From an uncultured cyanobacterium (GTDB lineage Bacteria; Cyanobacteriota; Cyanobacteriia; Pseudanabaenales; Pseudanabaenaceae): 64,000 nucleotides of DNA. This document shows, piece after piece, positions 1 through 9,839 of the stretch (its first letter is position 1; every line of letters starts with the position of its first letter). Where the stretch lies: NCBI GenBank assembly GCA_963703315.1, contig OY969811.1, positions 2,912,001 through 2,976,000 on the forward strand, in the 5' to 3' direction. The position numbers and the translations under genes were made by a program. Below the pieces are notes generated by a model. That model saw nothing but the letters and a program-made list of their open reading frames with translations. It was not told where the DNA came from and ran no database searches.

Positions 1-152
1 TGGATGATCTAATTCAACTCATGTTTCAGACCTACGAAACTGTTGATGCCTTAGAAAAAAAGCTATCTGAAGTCAGCAAAACTTTAGACCAGCCAGAGGA
101 TGCTAAACGGGCTGCGGCAGTGATTTTACAAGTACTTAGACCTTTTTACTAA
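1..152 (+). CDS. 3' end of a CDS entering from the left edge, product unknown
   Basis: Open frame from base 3 (DDLIQLMFQTYETVDALEKK...VILQVLRPFY) ending TAA at 150-152, followed by a hairpin. Confidence 0.6.
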   Translation, partial: DDLIQLMFQTYETVDALEKKLSEVSKTLDQPEDAKRAAAVILQVLRPFY

Positions 153-169
153 TCATCAAGCTAAGCCAA

Positions 170-204
170 AAGTGAGTGGCGGTGCGTAGCGCCGCCACTC
201 ACTT
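170..204. repeat. REP-like GC-core hairpin (GAGTGGCGG...CCGCCACTC family)
   Basis: aagtgagtggcggtgc-gta-gcgccgccactcactt; the same core recurs at ~2620, ~8860, ~39615 and ~49245. Confidence 0.8.
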
Positions 205-273
205 CTTATGGTCTTGAGACGCATTAAAGTAAGGTAAGCTTCTAGAAACACTAATTTTCATCCATAGAACGTA

Positions 274-1614
274 ATGGCAGCTACTTCTTCTCGACAGCCC
301 AAAATTATTGTGCTTGATGATGACCCCACAGGGGCGCAAACTGTACATAGCTGCCTATTGCTAACTAAATGGGATGTGGAAACTCTGAGAATTGGTTTGG
401 CAGATGCCTCACCGATTATGTTTGTCCTTACTAATACCCGATCGCTTACCCCCGAAGATGCCGCAAACGTAACTCGCGAAGTTTGTCGCAACCTCAAACC
501 TGCGATCGCGGCTGAAGGTATTCAAGACTTTTTGATCGTGAGTCGTTCTGACTCGACTTTGCGCGGACATTATCCAATCGAAACCGATGCGATCGCTGAG
601 GAGTTAGGCAATTTTGACGCACATTTTTTGGTTCCCGCATTTTTTGAAGGGGGACGCTTTACCAAATCGAGTGTGCATTATTTAGTGGTGAATGGCGTAC
701 CTACCCCAGTCCATGAGACTGAATTTGCTAAGGATTCTGTTTTTGGTTATACCCATAGCTATTTGCCTGATTATGTCGAAGAAAAAACTCAGGGCAGAAT
801 CCCTGCGGCAAAGGTAGAAAGATTTGTGTTAGGGGATATCCGTGCAGGTATCCGTCTCCGACTAGCTCGCTTGCGTGACAATCAATGTGGTGTCGTTGAT
901 GCGGAAAACCAAGCCGATCTCAATCAATTTGCCTCCGATATTTTAGCGATCGCCTCTACAGGTAAACGCTTTTTATTCCGTAGTGCCGCTAGTTTGCTGA
1001 CTGCTCTTGCTAAGTTGCCACCCCAGCCCATTCCTGCGGAAGAGATGTCGAAATATATGCGATCGCATAAAGCAGGTGTGGCGATCGTCGGCTCCCATGT
1101 TAAAAAAACCACCGAGCAGTTAGAACATCTCCTGAAAGCTCCTAATACCGTTCCTGTGGAAATCGATGTTTCTCGCCTACTAAGTGATACCGAAGCACAA
1201 TCAGAAGTCCTTAAACAAGAAGGATTAACCCAAGTTTACCAAGCTCATCAACTAGGCAAAACGGCGGTGATATTTACCAGTCGGAAAGAATTAGAGTTTG
1301 CCGATACTTCTACTCGTCTGGCATTTGGGCAATCAGTTTCAGCGCTCTTGATGGCGATTGTGCAGGAATTACCCACCGATATTGGCTTTTTAATTAGTAA
1401 AGGTGGCATTACCTCTAATGATGTTTTGAGTACAGGCTTAAACTTGCCCACTGCAAGGCTATTAGGTCAAATTTTGGCTGGTTGCTCGGTGGTGCGTACT
1501 CCTGAAAATCATCCCCGTTTTCCTGATTTACCCGTTGTCCTATTCCCCGGTAATGTTGGTGATGCTCATGCCTTAGCCACTGTTTATACAAGGCTGGCGA
1601 TCGGTATTGAATAG
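274..1614 (+). CDS. Four-carbon acid sugar kinase family protein (DUF1537)
   Basis: N-terminal VLDDDPTG, RSDSTLRGH, KGGITS and FPGNVG motifs. Confidence 0.9.
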   Translation: MAATSSRQPKIIVLDDDPTGAQTVHSCLLLTKWDVETLRIGLADASPIMFVLTNTRSLTPEDAANVTREVCRNLKPAIAAEGIQDFLIVSRSDSTLRGHYPIETDAIAEELGNFDAHFLVPAFFEGGRFTKSSVHYLVVNGVPTPVHETEFAKDSVFGYTHSYLPDYVEEKTQGRIPAAKVERFVLGDIRAGIRLRLARLRDNQCGVVDAENQADLNQFASDILAIASTGKRFLFRSAASLLTALAKLPPQPIPAEEMSKYMRSHKAGVAIVGSHVKKTTEQLEHLLKAPNTVPVEIDVSRLLSDTEAQSEVLKQEGLTQVYQAHQLGKTAVIFTSRKELEFADTSTRLAFGQSVSALLMAIVQELPTDIGFLISKGGITSNDVLSTGLNLPTARLLGQILAGCSVVRTPENHPRFPDLPVVLFPGNVGDAHALATVYTRLAIGIE

Positions 1615-1625
1615 ATCGTAAATAC

Positions 1626-2228
1626 TTACAAAATCGCCCCGTCAAAGTTGGTGTTTTCCATACTTGCCCCATCAAACATGGCTTTAGTGAGATCACTTTT
1701 TAGCAGGTCAGCATTGTCCAGATTTACTTCGGTCAGGTTAGCGGTTTTGAGATTTGCATAACTTAGATTGCAACCATCGCAGTTAGCCCCCGTTAAGTCT
1801 GCGCCTTGCAAATTTGCGAATTCGAGATGGGCATTACTCAGGTTCGCACCTCGTAAATTGGCATTTTGGAGATTTGCGCCTTTTAAAACTGCCCCACTCA
1901 GATCGGCTCCTCCCAGATTAACTTGCCTTAAATTTGCATTACTTAAGTCAGCATGAGTCAGGTTTGTAAAGCTCAGGGTTGAACGCTCTAGATTTGCCCC
2001 CCGCAAATCAGCTTCACTTAAATCGGTCAGGTCTAGATCAGCATCTTGCAGATCAGAATTTGTAAGATTAATTGATGACAATTTGCAGCAAGATAGCTTC
2101 AACCCCGAAAATTTTTCCGAATTAAAATCTTTACGTCCCATTTCATACATTTTTTTGAGTGCCATTCCCATCGCAAGGGTATTGGCTGTAGGGGGATGAT
2201 AAGTTCCAGGATTTTGAGTGGACATCAT
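1626..2228 (-). CDS. Pentapeptide repeat protein
   Basis: Long run of A(D/N)LxX pentapeptides. Confidence 0.9.
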   Translation of the reverse strand: MMSTQNPGTYHPPTANTLAMGMALKKMYEMGRKDFNSEKFSGLKLSCCKLSSINLTNSDLQDADLDLTDLSEADLRGANLERSTLSFTNLTHADLSNANLRQVNLGGADLSGAVLKGANLQNANLRGANLSNAHLEFANLQGADLTGANCDGCNLSYANLKTANLTEVNLDNADLLKSDLTKAMFDGASMENTNFDGAIL

Positions 2229-2452
2229 TGTGATCTCTCTCTAGCTGAGTCATTTAGCTACTTGTAACTATTGACTTCAATATAAAGCGATCGCCCTCAA
2301 TTGCACTTCACCCTATAGGATTGCCCAAAAAATGAAGATGCTTGGGAGAGCGTAGGGACGTTAACAGATTAATGAGGATTAAGCTAGAATAGTTAAGATA
2401 AACGACGCTTTGCACCGTTTAGTCTAGATCTTGATATCCAATGGAGAAAATA

Positions 2453-2548
2453 ATGTCAAAAGAACAAAAGGGTAATAAAGAGTCTAAAAAACCTAAGAAA
2501 GATCCTTCTGAAAAGAAGGAAAAGAAAGATCCTAAAAGATACGATTAA
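2453..2548 (+). CDS. 31-aa Lys-rich small protein (not in ORF track)
   Basis: ATG at 2453 preceded by GGAGAA; reads MSKEQKGNKESKKPKKDPSEKKEKKDPKRYD then TAA. Confidence 0.6.
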   Translation: MSKEQKGNKESKKPKKDPSEKKEKKDPKRYD

Positions 2549-2576
2549 TCCAGAACTGACAAGGCTTTCTCAAAGT

Positions 2577-2691
2577 TATAGCCATAGCCAAGCAAGTTAA
2601 GACATAAAACCCCAAAGAGAGTGGCGGCGCGAAGCGCCGCCACTCTCTTTGGGGTTTTAGTTTTGTCCTAACATAACTGACTACAGCTATA
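2577..2691. mobile_element. MITE-like palindromic element, family A
   Basis: TATAGC...GCTATA termini and a central long hairpin; highly similar copy at 45665-45773. Confidence 0.7.
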
Positions 2692-2758
2692 GTATTAGCC
2701 TTACACACATTGCTAATACTAAAATATTGAAATAATTGAAATAGATTAGATAAGTCCT

Positions 2759-3178
2759 ATGTCAACTGAAACCTTGAGCAACTCCAGTAACAAAGATTTT
2801 GCTGAATATGCACCCCAAATTTTGGAACGCGCCGAAGTAGCTTTGCGATGTGCGCCATTTAGCGTGAAGTTATTGGCAGATATGGCAAAACAAGGTGTGA
2901 ATTTGAGGGTGATCGCTGGTAATGAAGGAATTAAAAATGCATATTTAACCAGAGCAACTAATTTAATTATTACGGAAAATGCTTTGCTATGGCTGATTCA
3001 AGTAGGTGTGTTGCGCCGTGAAGTGGATGGACAAGGTATCACTGATAGCTTCCGCTTGACACCAATGGGACATTTGTTACTCGATAAATGGCGATCGCAA
3101 CCTAGATTTCCCGATCCTAGTTTTGGCGATCGCTTAAAAAATTTTTGGGCGCAGATTCAAATCTCGCGCTTTCTTTAA
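2759..3178 (+). CDS. Conserved cyanobacterial protein (Npun_F0494-like)
   Basis: WLIQVGVLRREVDGQGITDSFRLTP motif. Confidence 0.8.
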   Translation: MSTETLSNSSNKDFAEYAPQILERAEVALRCAPFSVKLLADMAKQGVNLRVIAGNEGIKNAYLTRATNLIITENALLWLIQVGVLRREVDGQGITDSFRLTPMGHLLLDKWRSQPRFPDPSFGDRLKNFWAQIQISRFL

Positions 3179-3388
3179 TTTAGTGGTGCGCGGCTAAGCC
3201 GCGCACCACTAATGCTAAATGCGATGCTAAGCATCGCATTTATTTTATGGAACAAAATCTCTCACTTAAGCGTCCTGCATTAGAGCCTATTGCCCTATCT
3301 TGAAGCATTGTGTGCTTTCGGTAGCCATGCATCAATTCAATTAGGCTTTAGCAAATCACGGATCACATTAAGTTGAGAACAAATCACG

Positions 3389-5032
3389 ATGAATATTTTC
3401 CGTAAAAATTTTCGTAACCAAATAAATACAGGGGTTCGGAAGACATCTCTATGTCTATTTGCGGCAACTCTAACTACAGCATCTTTGCTGAGTACTATAG
3501 AAGCGATCGCGGCTCCTTCTGTTCCTCAAATCGTTGCTCAAGTTCCGCAAGATTGGAAAACAGGAGTACAGCTTTTACGTTTGCTGGATAATTCTGGCAA
3601 CCTCTCAAGCATTGGCATCTTACTCGACGTTGCCAATAAGCCTTCAACAACTTATGCCAATGCGGTATATCAGCTTTATGTAAGACGCTCTGGGGAATGG
3701 CGCGAAGTTTATACTAATTCAGGGGCAAGACTACTCTCCAAAAATGCGGGTAGACAATCTTCTTTTGTGGAAGTGATTCCCTTAAATTTACTGAGTGAAA
3801 AAATTTCACTTGATGATATTTACAATGGTGATCTCAAGGCAATTACGAGCGTTCGCTACGATCAGCCCAATGGAATCAAGGATGCAAGATTTACGATCGA
3901 AGAAGTGAGATCCTTTACTTCAATTGTTACAGCTAGTGCGTCTGATGTAAGTTCTGGACGAATTGCTTATATATATAACAATTCATCCAACAACTCTTCT
4001 AACAATTCATCCAACAACTCTTCTAATAATTCATCCAACAACTCTTCTAACAATTCATCCAACAACTCTTCTAACAATTCAGGACTTTCTGATCGCGACT
4101 TGGGGATTTCAAGCAGTTCTCAATCGAATCAAACTACTATTGTCCAAACCACCAATGTCCAAACAAATAATTCTATGAAAACAAAGCCTGTCTTTGTTTC
4201 TAGAAGAGATGATGATGACGATGAAGATGATGATTATGAAGATGATGATCGTAGATCTGATCGTCAAGATCGCAAGGATCGGAGGAATGTCGATGGTGTT
4301 GAACTATCCAAGAAAAATCCTCATCGCGGACATTTCAGCCTAGCCGTTTTGCAGTCTCAGCCACGTTTGTCTGAAGTGGTTGCTCGCATATCCATCAAAT
4401 CTAAGCGTTCTAAAGGTTTTCTTGAAGAGCGCTTTGTCGGTGACTATCGCTTTGCGATCAATCAACGCGCTACCTTTATTCGTGGTCTAAATGCAGGCGA
4501 TCGCTTAGTCGTCAGACTGTTTGATTTACAAAATCGTCCTCTGGGCTATAGCGAAGTACAGTTGCTGAAAAATTTCTCAACGATCAGCCTCATTTTGCCA
4601 AGTGATCCATCAGCCTATGGCACATTAAGAACTATCTCAGGGATTGACTCAGAAAGAGTTGGGCGCATTGATCGCAATGTCAGAATCTATGACTATTTCA
4701 CCCAAATCCAGACTAGTAATTCTATCTCCCAAACAGTTGCGAGATTTTTGACCACATCACAGGGTATTCCCCTCGGTTTATTTAACGTGGCTGGTCTGCC
4801 TCAAGCAACCAATCAGTTTACATATACCAATGCATTCTTCAAAGGTAATCAATCATTAATTGATCGCGCAATCAATGTATTTACCCCAAGCTTGCCTCCT
4901 GTAATGCAGGTTTTACCTGGTCAACTAACTTCACTAATTCCTATTACCAACAACCAATCTACGTTTGATGTAGTCCGCAAGATTCTCGATTACAAAGACT
5001 TGCGTCCCAATGGTTTAACAACCTTATTCTAA
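3389..5032 (+). CDS. Putative secreted hypothetical protein with an SSNN repeat and an acidic tract
   Basis: 547-aa ORF with signal-peptide-like N-terminus (...AIEAIA), SSNN tandem repeat and Asp-rich stretch. Confidence 0.8.
   Translation: MNIFRKNFRNQINTGVRKTSLCLFAATLTTASLLSTIEAIAAPSVPQIVAQVPQDWKTGVQLLRLLDNSGNLSSIGILLDVANKPSTTYANAVYQLYVRRSGEWREVYTNSGARLLSKNAGRQSSFVEVIPLNLLSEKISLDDIYNGDLKAITSVRYDQPNGIKDARFTIEEVRSFTSIVTASASDVSSGRIAYIYNNSSNNSSNNSSNNSSNNSSNNSSNNSSNNSSNNSGLSDRDLGISSSSQSNQTTIVQTTNVQTNNSMKTKPVFVSRRDDDDDEDDDYEDDDRRSDRQDRKDRRNVDGVELSKKNPHRGHFSLAVLQSQPRLSEVVARISIKSKRSKGFLEERFVGDYRFAINQRATFIRGLNAGDRLVVRLFDLQNRPLGYSEVQLLKNFSTISLILPSDPSAYGTLRTISGIDSERVGRIDRNVRIYDYFTQIQTSNSISQTVARFLTTSQGIPLGLFNVAGLPQATNQFTYTNAFFKGNQSLIDRAINVFTPSLPPVMQVLPGQLTSLIPITNNQSTFDVVRKILDYKDLRPNGLTTLF
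3977..4081 (+). repeat. In-frame 24-bp tandem repeat, about 4.4 copies, encoding NNSSNNSS
   Basis: Unit aacaattcatccaacaactcttct at 3977, 4001, 4025 (one mismatch), 4049 and partial at 4073. Confidence 0.95.
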
Positions 5033-5123
5033 AAAAGAGAGGCGGTGCAAGCACCGCCTCTCTTTTTTAGAATATTTGCTTAGGGCAGACAAGGAGCTTA
5101 AGTCCCTTGTTCATAAACGTTCA

Positions 5124-5216
5124 CTAAGAACAAAAAACTAGAAGATGAGTTGCGGCGCGGAGCGCTGCAACTCATCTTCTAGTTTTTTGTTCTTAGCTAA
5201 CTCTTGCATTGCTATA
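5124..5216. mobile_element. MITE-like element, family A (partial)
   Basis: gagttgcggcgc core hairpin with a GCTATA right end; similar to 11718-11832 and 45361-45476. Confidence 0.6.
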
Positions 5217-5224
5217 GTTTGAAG

Positions 5225-5557
5225 TTATTGGACTTCCTGCCTTGAACCATTAAACACAAGAGCATTAGCCATCTGATTCAGCTTGTTACTATTTAATTGC
5301 TCAGCATTTTCTTGATATCTGCCGCGAATCTGTACATACTCATCCTCCAACAAAAAGTCTTTCACCTTCTCATATTCCCGCGCAGAATAAACCACTTGAT
5401 ATCCTTCAGTTGGGTCATAAAGTGTAAATATCCCATCCACATCACCAACCAACATCAACACATAAGGTAGATCAGAAGTTGGATCAACCCACATTTCAAT
5501 AAACTTCCAATTAGATAACTTCGCTTGGTTTTGTGCGTGGAATGACATGATATTCAC
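5225..5557 (-). CDS. Hypothetical protein, candidate immunity/antitoxin partner (start uncertain)
   Basis: Overlaps the 3' end of the upstream ORF; acidic/aromatic, with YEKVKDFLLEDEYVQIRGR. Confidence 0.65.
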   Translation of the reverse strand: MNIMSFHAQNQAKLSNWKFIEMWVDPTSDLPYVLMLVGDVDGIFTLYDPTEGYQVVYSAREYEKVKDFLLEDEYVQIRGRYQENAEQLNSNKLNQMANALVFNGSRQEVQ

Positions 5558-5870
5558 CCTTAATAATTTTCATTTCTGCAAAATATAACGGTAGCCAATT
5601 CCCCTCTAAATCAATTCTATAGCCTATTGCTTGCTCGAAATACATCCCATAACGTTCATGACCTCTCACAGTGCCAATAAACTCGCCCTTTTCAAACAAA
5701 GCTTCCGTAACCTCAAGCAATGTTTGGAGATCTTTAAACACATGAGCTTTACCATCTTCTCTTAGCAGTTTCAACATTTGTGGTGTATCTGGCAAATGCT
5801 TCTGTACGTGTCTTTCTGCTAAAACAAGTCCTCTTGGTAGTTTACGATTTTCGCCATCGTTTTGCGGCAT
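5511..5870 (-). CDS. Hypothetical protein with toxin-50/Ntox50-like motif pattern
   Basis: HVQKHL near the N-terminus, IG in the middle, C-terminal YHVIP. Confidence 0.65.
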   Translation of the reverse strand: MPQNDGENRKLPRGLVLAERHVQKHLPDTPQMLKLLREDGKAHVFKDLQTLLEVTEALFEKGEFIGTVRGHERYGMYFEQAIGYRIDLEGNWLPLYFAEMKIIKGEYHVIPRTKPSEVI

Positions 5871-5935
5871 AAAATTTATATGGTAGCGATCGCAGTTAAC
5901 TTAGAAAAATTAACCTGCGATCGCTATCGGAGAAG

Positions 5936-6469
5936 TTAAGAAATACGCAATAGTTCCACATCAAAAATTAATGTGGCATTAGGAGGAATGACTCCACCTG
6001 CTCCACGAGCGCCATAACCCAAATCTGGAGGAATAATTAGGGTACGGCGATCGCCAACACGCATATCGGCTAAACCTTCATCCCATCCCTTAATTACTTG
6101 ACCAACACCAAGCTTGAAGGAAAAAGGACTATTGCGATCGCGAGAACTATCGAACTTGGTTCCATCTTCGAGCGTGCCAGTATAATGCACGACGACGGTA
6201 TCGCCTTTTTTAGGTGTTGCACCTGTACCAGCAGTGATTACTTTATATTTAAGTCCAGTGCCAGTGTCTTTGATATCGGAATCACTCATATTAATTAAAG
6301 ATGCTTCTGCTATTTTTACTTCTGTTTGAATTGGTGCGCCTGTAGATGGCGCACTAGTACTAGCGACTGCTGCCTGTCCGCCTGTAATTTGAGCAACTAC
6401 AATGACCAGTACAGCAACTGCCATAATGCCAAAGCTAATCAAAATTCCTTTCAAGGCTAATATCTCCAA
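5936..6469 (-). CDS. FKBP-type peptidyl-prolyl cis-trans isomerase
   Basis: [26 protein letters not shown] and [14 protein letters not shown]-terminal hydrophobic segment. Confidence 0.95.
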   Translation of the reverse strand: MEILALKGILISFGIMAVAVLVIVVAQITGGQAAVASTSAPSTGAPIQTEVKIAEASLINMSDSDIKDTGTGLKYKVITAGTGATPKKGDTVVVHYTGTLEDGTKFDSSRDRNSPFSFKLGVGQVIKGWDEGLADMRVGDRRTLIIPPDLGYGARGAGGVIPPNATLIFDVELLRIS

Positions 6470-6563
6470 TCAATTATGTGATGACTTCGCTTTTGGGATT
6501 TTACAGTGATTCTGTAACAAAAAAAAGAAGCCACTTGGTAACATCCTCGTGACTTCCTTTTTA

Positions 6564-6640
6564 TATAGCAAAACAAGTTTTGCTTAGGACACAAAAACTA
6601 AATGATAGTTGCGATGCAACTATCGTTTAGTTTTTGTGTC
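6564..6640. mobile_element. Truncated family A element next to the tRNA-Phe 3' end
   Basis: tatagcaaaacaagttttgcttaggacacaaaa matches the left end of 11718-11832. Confidence 0.55.
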
Positions 6641-6649
6641 TCATATATA

Positions 6650-6722
6650 TGCCAGGAACGAGATTTGAACTCGTGACACGTGGATTTTCAGTCCACTGCT
6701 CTACCAACTGAGCTATCCCGGC
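6650..6722 (-). tRNA. trnF: tRNA-Phe(GAA)
   Basis: Reverse complement GCCGGGATAGCTCAGTTGGTAGAGCAGTGGACTGAAAATCCACGTGTCACGAGTTCAAATCTCGTTCCTGGCA folds as a cloverleaf. Confidence 0.97.
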
Positions 6723-6875
6723 ATGGCGCTTTTTTTGCGCTTTATTAAGATAACACCTATGGTGATTTACAATCAATAAAATTTGAAAATTTGTCCAAAA
6801 AACCCAAAAAAGAGAGATGGCACTTTGTGCCATCTCTCTTTTTTGGGTTTTAAGACAGCGAAAAGCGCAGTAAGG

Positions 6876-7508
6876 CTATGACCCAGTTACTAACCAAAAA
6901 ACTGAACGTAATCCATCCCGTAAAGACTTCGCAGGATTTTCGGATTTAATTCTAGAAGGAATCGTCACAGGATGCATTTCAATGCCACGACTACCTAAAA
7001 TTATTTTGCCAATCACAAGGGCGCGGGGCATATGAAAATCAGAAGTCAGTACATATACATCCGTAATCTTGCGCTGCTGTAATTCCGTCACCATAATTGT
7101 AAAATTTGATACGGTATCCACGGCTCGGTAATCCAGATGTATACGATCGCGCCTTACTCCCGCAGTATCAAATACATATTGGGCATATTCCTCTGGACTG
7201 CCCGAAGATACAAAAATTGGTAACTGTGGATGTTGTAAAGCAAACTGAGCAGCAAATTTTTCGCGGGTCGGCGAGCCTCCCAGTACCAATATGGCTTGTG
7301 GTTCTCTAGCCGATGGACTGGTGCTGACTGATGGGAAACAGGTCATTCCAAAAATCACGCACCCAGAACTAACTAACCCAGATAAAGCTGTCATAGAAAT
7401 CCTGCTAGAAAAAGGGTTAAGCATCATCATTACTGCATCGTTGCGAATCAGCAAAATATTATCTGGAGGATGGAACAATATGCAACAAGATTTTGCTAAA
7501 AGGTTCAT
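6876..7508 (-). CDS. YdcF/DUF218 family protein (true start probably downstream)
   Basis: ILVLGG, A.DT..N and LTSDFHMPRA motifs. Confidence 0.88.
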   Translation of the reverse strand: MNLLAKSCCILFHPPDNILLIRNDAVMMMLNPFSSRISMTALSGLVSSGCVIFGMTCFPSVSTSPSAREPQAILVLGGSPTREKFAAQFALQHPQLPIFVSSGSPEEYAQYVFDTAGVRRDRIHLDYRAVDTVSNFTIMVTELQQRKITDVYVLTSDFHMPRALVIGKIILGSRGIEMHPVTIPSRIKSENPAKSLRDGLRSVFWLVTGS

Positions 7509-7532
7509 CCTGCGGATGAACCTTTTAGCATT

Positions 7533-8129
7533 CTAAAAATCTAGCTCACGTCTGCCCTCGATCGCTTTGGCGAGGGTGACCTCATCTGCATATTCTAAGT
7601 CACCTCCCATCGGAATACCAAAGGCAATTCGCGTAACTTTTGTAAAGGGTTTTAATAAGCCACCCACATACAAAGTTGTGGTTTCACCTTCCACACTAGG
7701 AGCGATCGCCATAATCACCTCAGCGACTTTATTACCACTGACACGCCGCACCAGACTCTGAATATTTAACTGGTCGGGGCTAATCCCATCCATTGGCGAA
7801 ATCAGTCCACCGAGAACATGATATTTGCCACGATATTCGCGAGTTTTTTCAAGGGCAATTAGATCGCGGGAGTCAGCAACTACACAAATGATGGAGTTGT
7901 CGCGACTAGGATGGGCGCAAATTTCACAAATTGGTTCTGCGGAAAGATGCCCACAGATTGTACAAAGACCAACCTGCTGCTTTGCTTGAATCAATGCTTG
8001 AGCAAGGGCTTCTACCTCTTCAGTGGGGCGCTTGAGGATATGTAGTGATAAGCGTTGAGCAGTCTTGGTTCCCACACCAGGCAAGCGCTGCAATTGTTCG
8101 ATGAGATTGGCTAGAGGTCGAGTATACAA
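7533..8129 (-). CDS. recR: Recombination mediator RecR
   Basis: HhH LPGVG.KTAQRL, C4 zinc finger, Toprim EGETT and [12 protein letters not shown]. Confidence 0.97.
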   Translation of the reverse strand: MYTRPLANLIEQLQRLPGVGTKTAQRLSLHILKRPTEEVEALAQALIQAKQQVGLCTICGHLSAEPICEICAHPSRDNSIICVVADSRDLIALEKTREYRGKYHVLGGLISPMDGISPDQLNIQSLVRRVSGNKVAEVIMAIAPSVEGETTTLYVGGLLKPFTKVTRIAFGIPMGGDLEYADEVTLAKAIEGRRELDF

Positions 8130-8198
8130 AACAGCGAGGGGTATGAAGTAACGCTAACAATTTTAACAAAAAAGTAGAATCAGCCCTTCGAGCTACCT

Positions 8199-8783
8199 CT
8201 ATTGATTAGTTTTGGCAAAGCGAGTTTGGAGATCGTAGGCTTCTCGCTCCATGAGATTATTTTCATAGATCTGTTTGGCACGTTTATATTCCACAAAGTA
8301 CTGATAGCCAAATTGATCTAAGCCGCCATTTTGAACGCATTGACGAACATGGGTCATCTCATGCGCTAAAACTGATAGTTGTTTGATATCTTCAGGCTTG
8401 TAAGGATCACGAAGATAAATGCGATCGCAATAGGTTTGGGCGATCGTATCAACTTTGCCAAAATGCACCGCCACATTACCAAATACCCAGCGATCCATCA
8501 TTTGTGCGTTATAAACGACGGTCACCCGATCAATGTAGTCAATAAAATAGCGGCGTAAATAACGCTTTTGGACGTTATCAAGAGGTTTACCACCTACATT
8601 TTTTGACCGCATGGTTTTTGCCGCCGCTTGATAGGCGATCGAGCCTGCTTGTCCCCAAGCTTCCTCGGCTAGGCTCGATTTTGTTTCAGAGTCAGCAAAA
8701 AAGCTCACATCTGAGAGTCCTACAGTTGCGACTAGAGCTAAGGTAAGCAAAATTAAAAAGCCGATTCTGCGAAGGCTATCCAT
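8199..8783 (-). CDS. DUF4157-type zincin-like protein with N-terminal hydrophobic segment
   Basis: HEMTHVRQ (HExxH) with a downstream EREA. Confidence 0.75.
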   Translation of the reverse strand: MDSLRRIGFLILLTLALVATVGLSDVSFFADSETKSSLAEEAWGQAGSIAYQAAAKTMRSKNVGGKPLDNVQKRYLRRYFIDYIDRVTVVYNAQMMDRWVFGNVAVHFGKVDTIAQTYCDRIYLRDPYKPEDIKQLSVLAHEMTHVRQCVQNGGLDQFGYQYFVEYKRAKQIYENNLMEREAYDLQTRFAKTNQ

Positions 8784-8922
8784 TTCATTGCTCTTGAGAC
8801 AAGTAGAAACGTTACGAAGCTTTGCCTTAAATGATTGCGGTATTTAGAGAATTTTATAGAGTGGCGGCGCGAAGCGCCGCCACTCTATAAAATTCTTCTT
8901 CGGACTGTTATTACGATGATTT

Positions 8923-9663
8923 CTATTGTGAATTCTGATTTAACTCATTAGAAACAATCACTACAGTGATATTGTCGCGACCACCGCGTAACTTGGCTGA
9001 CTCAATCAGAGCTTGGGCAGCTTGTTGAGCATTGCGAATACTTTTAAGATGATGAGCAATGCGATCGTCAGTGAGTTCTTCGGTTAAGCCATCACTACAG
9101 ATCAAAAAGCGATCGCCTGGTTGCCATTCGATTTCGCGGGCAGGAATAGTTTTAATGTCTTCACGCCCTAGACATTGCAATAACATATGTCGCCAAGGAT
9201 GACTTTTAGCATCTTCAGGATTAACTACCCCTGTTTGAATTGCCCTTGCAATCCATGTATGATCATCACTAATTTGCTCCAGCTTTGCACCGCGCAATCG
9301 GTATAATCGCGAATCACCAATATGGGAAAACCAAGGCTGATCATCACGAAACAGCAAAATGACTACCGTTGTCCCCATGTCCGATCGCACAGGATTTGCC
9401 GATTGATCATTAATAATCGCTTGATTGGCTTTATCGATCGCATCTTGGATCAGTTTTTGAGTATCAGTTTCGATATCCCAAAAGGCTTCTAAGCTGGCGC
9501 GAATGGCATCAACAGCAATCTGGCTTGCCACCTCGCCTCCTGCGTGTCCTCCCATGCCATCAGCAACTACAAAAAATCGTCCGTCAGGATCGACATAGTA
9601 AGAATCTTGGTTGGCTGATCTCACACAGCCTGTATCGGTTGCTCCTGCAAATAGACGCTTCAT
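8923..9663 (-). CDS. PP2C-family Ser/Thr protein phosphatase
   Basis: NQD, VADGMGGHAGGEVAS, GDSR, CSDGL and DNIT motifs; likely start at MKRLFAG. Confidence 0.93.
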   Translation of the reverse strand: MKRLFAGATDTGCVRSANQDSYYVDPDGRFFVVADGMGGHAGGEVASQIAVDAIRASLEAFWDIETDTQKLIQDAIDKANQAIINDQSANPVRSDMGTTVVILLFRDDQPWFSHIGDSRLYRLRGAKLEQISDDHTWIARAIQTGVVNPEDAKSHPWRHMLLQCLGREDIKTIPAREIEWQPGDRFLICSDGLTEELTDDRIAHHLKSIRNAQQAAQALIESAKLRGGRDNITVVIVSNELNQNSQ

Positions 9664-9839
9664 GTTAGGTGGTTCGGCTCGACGTATTGAATTGACCAGT
9701 TCTGCTATAGCAATCTTTAGTTTAACGCTCACAGGCAAAAACTATAGCAATATCTCCTGCGATTGATATTTTTGTTTTCTGTACTTTACCCAAATATAGC
9801 TGTACCGCTTCTCACCATAGCTATATTTGGAGTTATAGA

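Noticed and set aside
6627..6833. 68-aa ORF
   Set aside because: Overlaps tRNA-Phe and repeat elements
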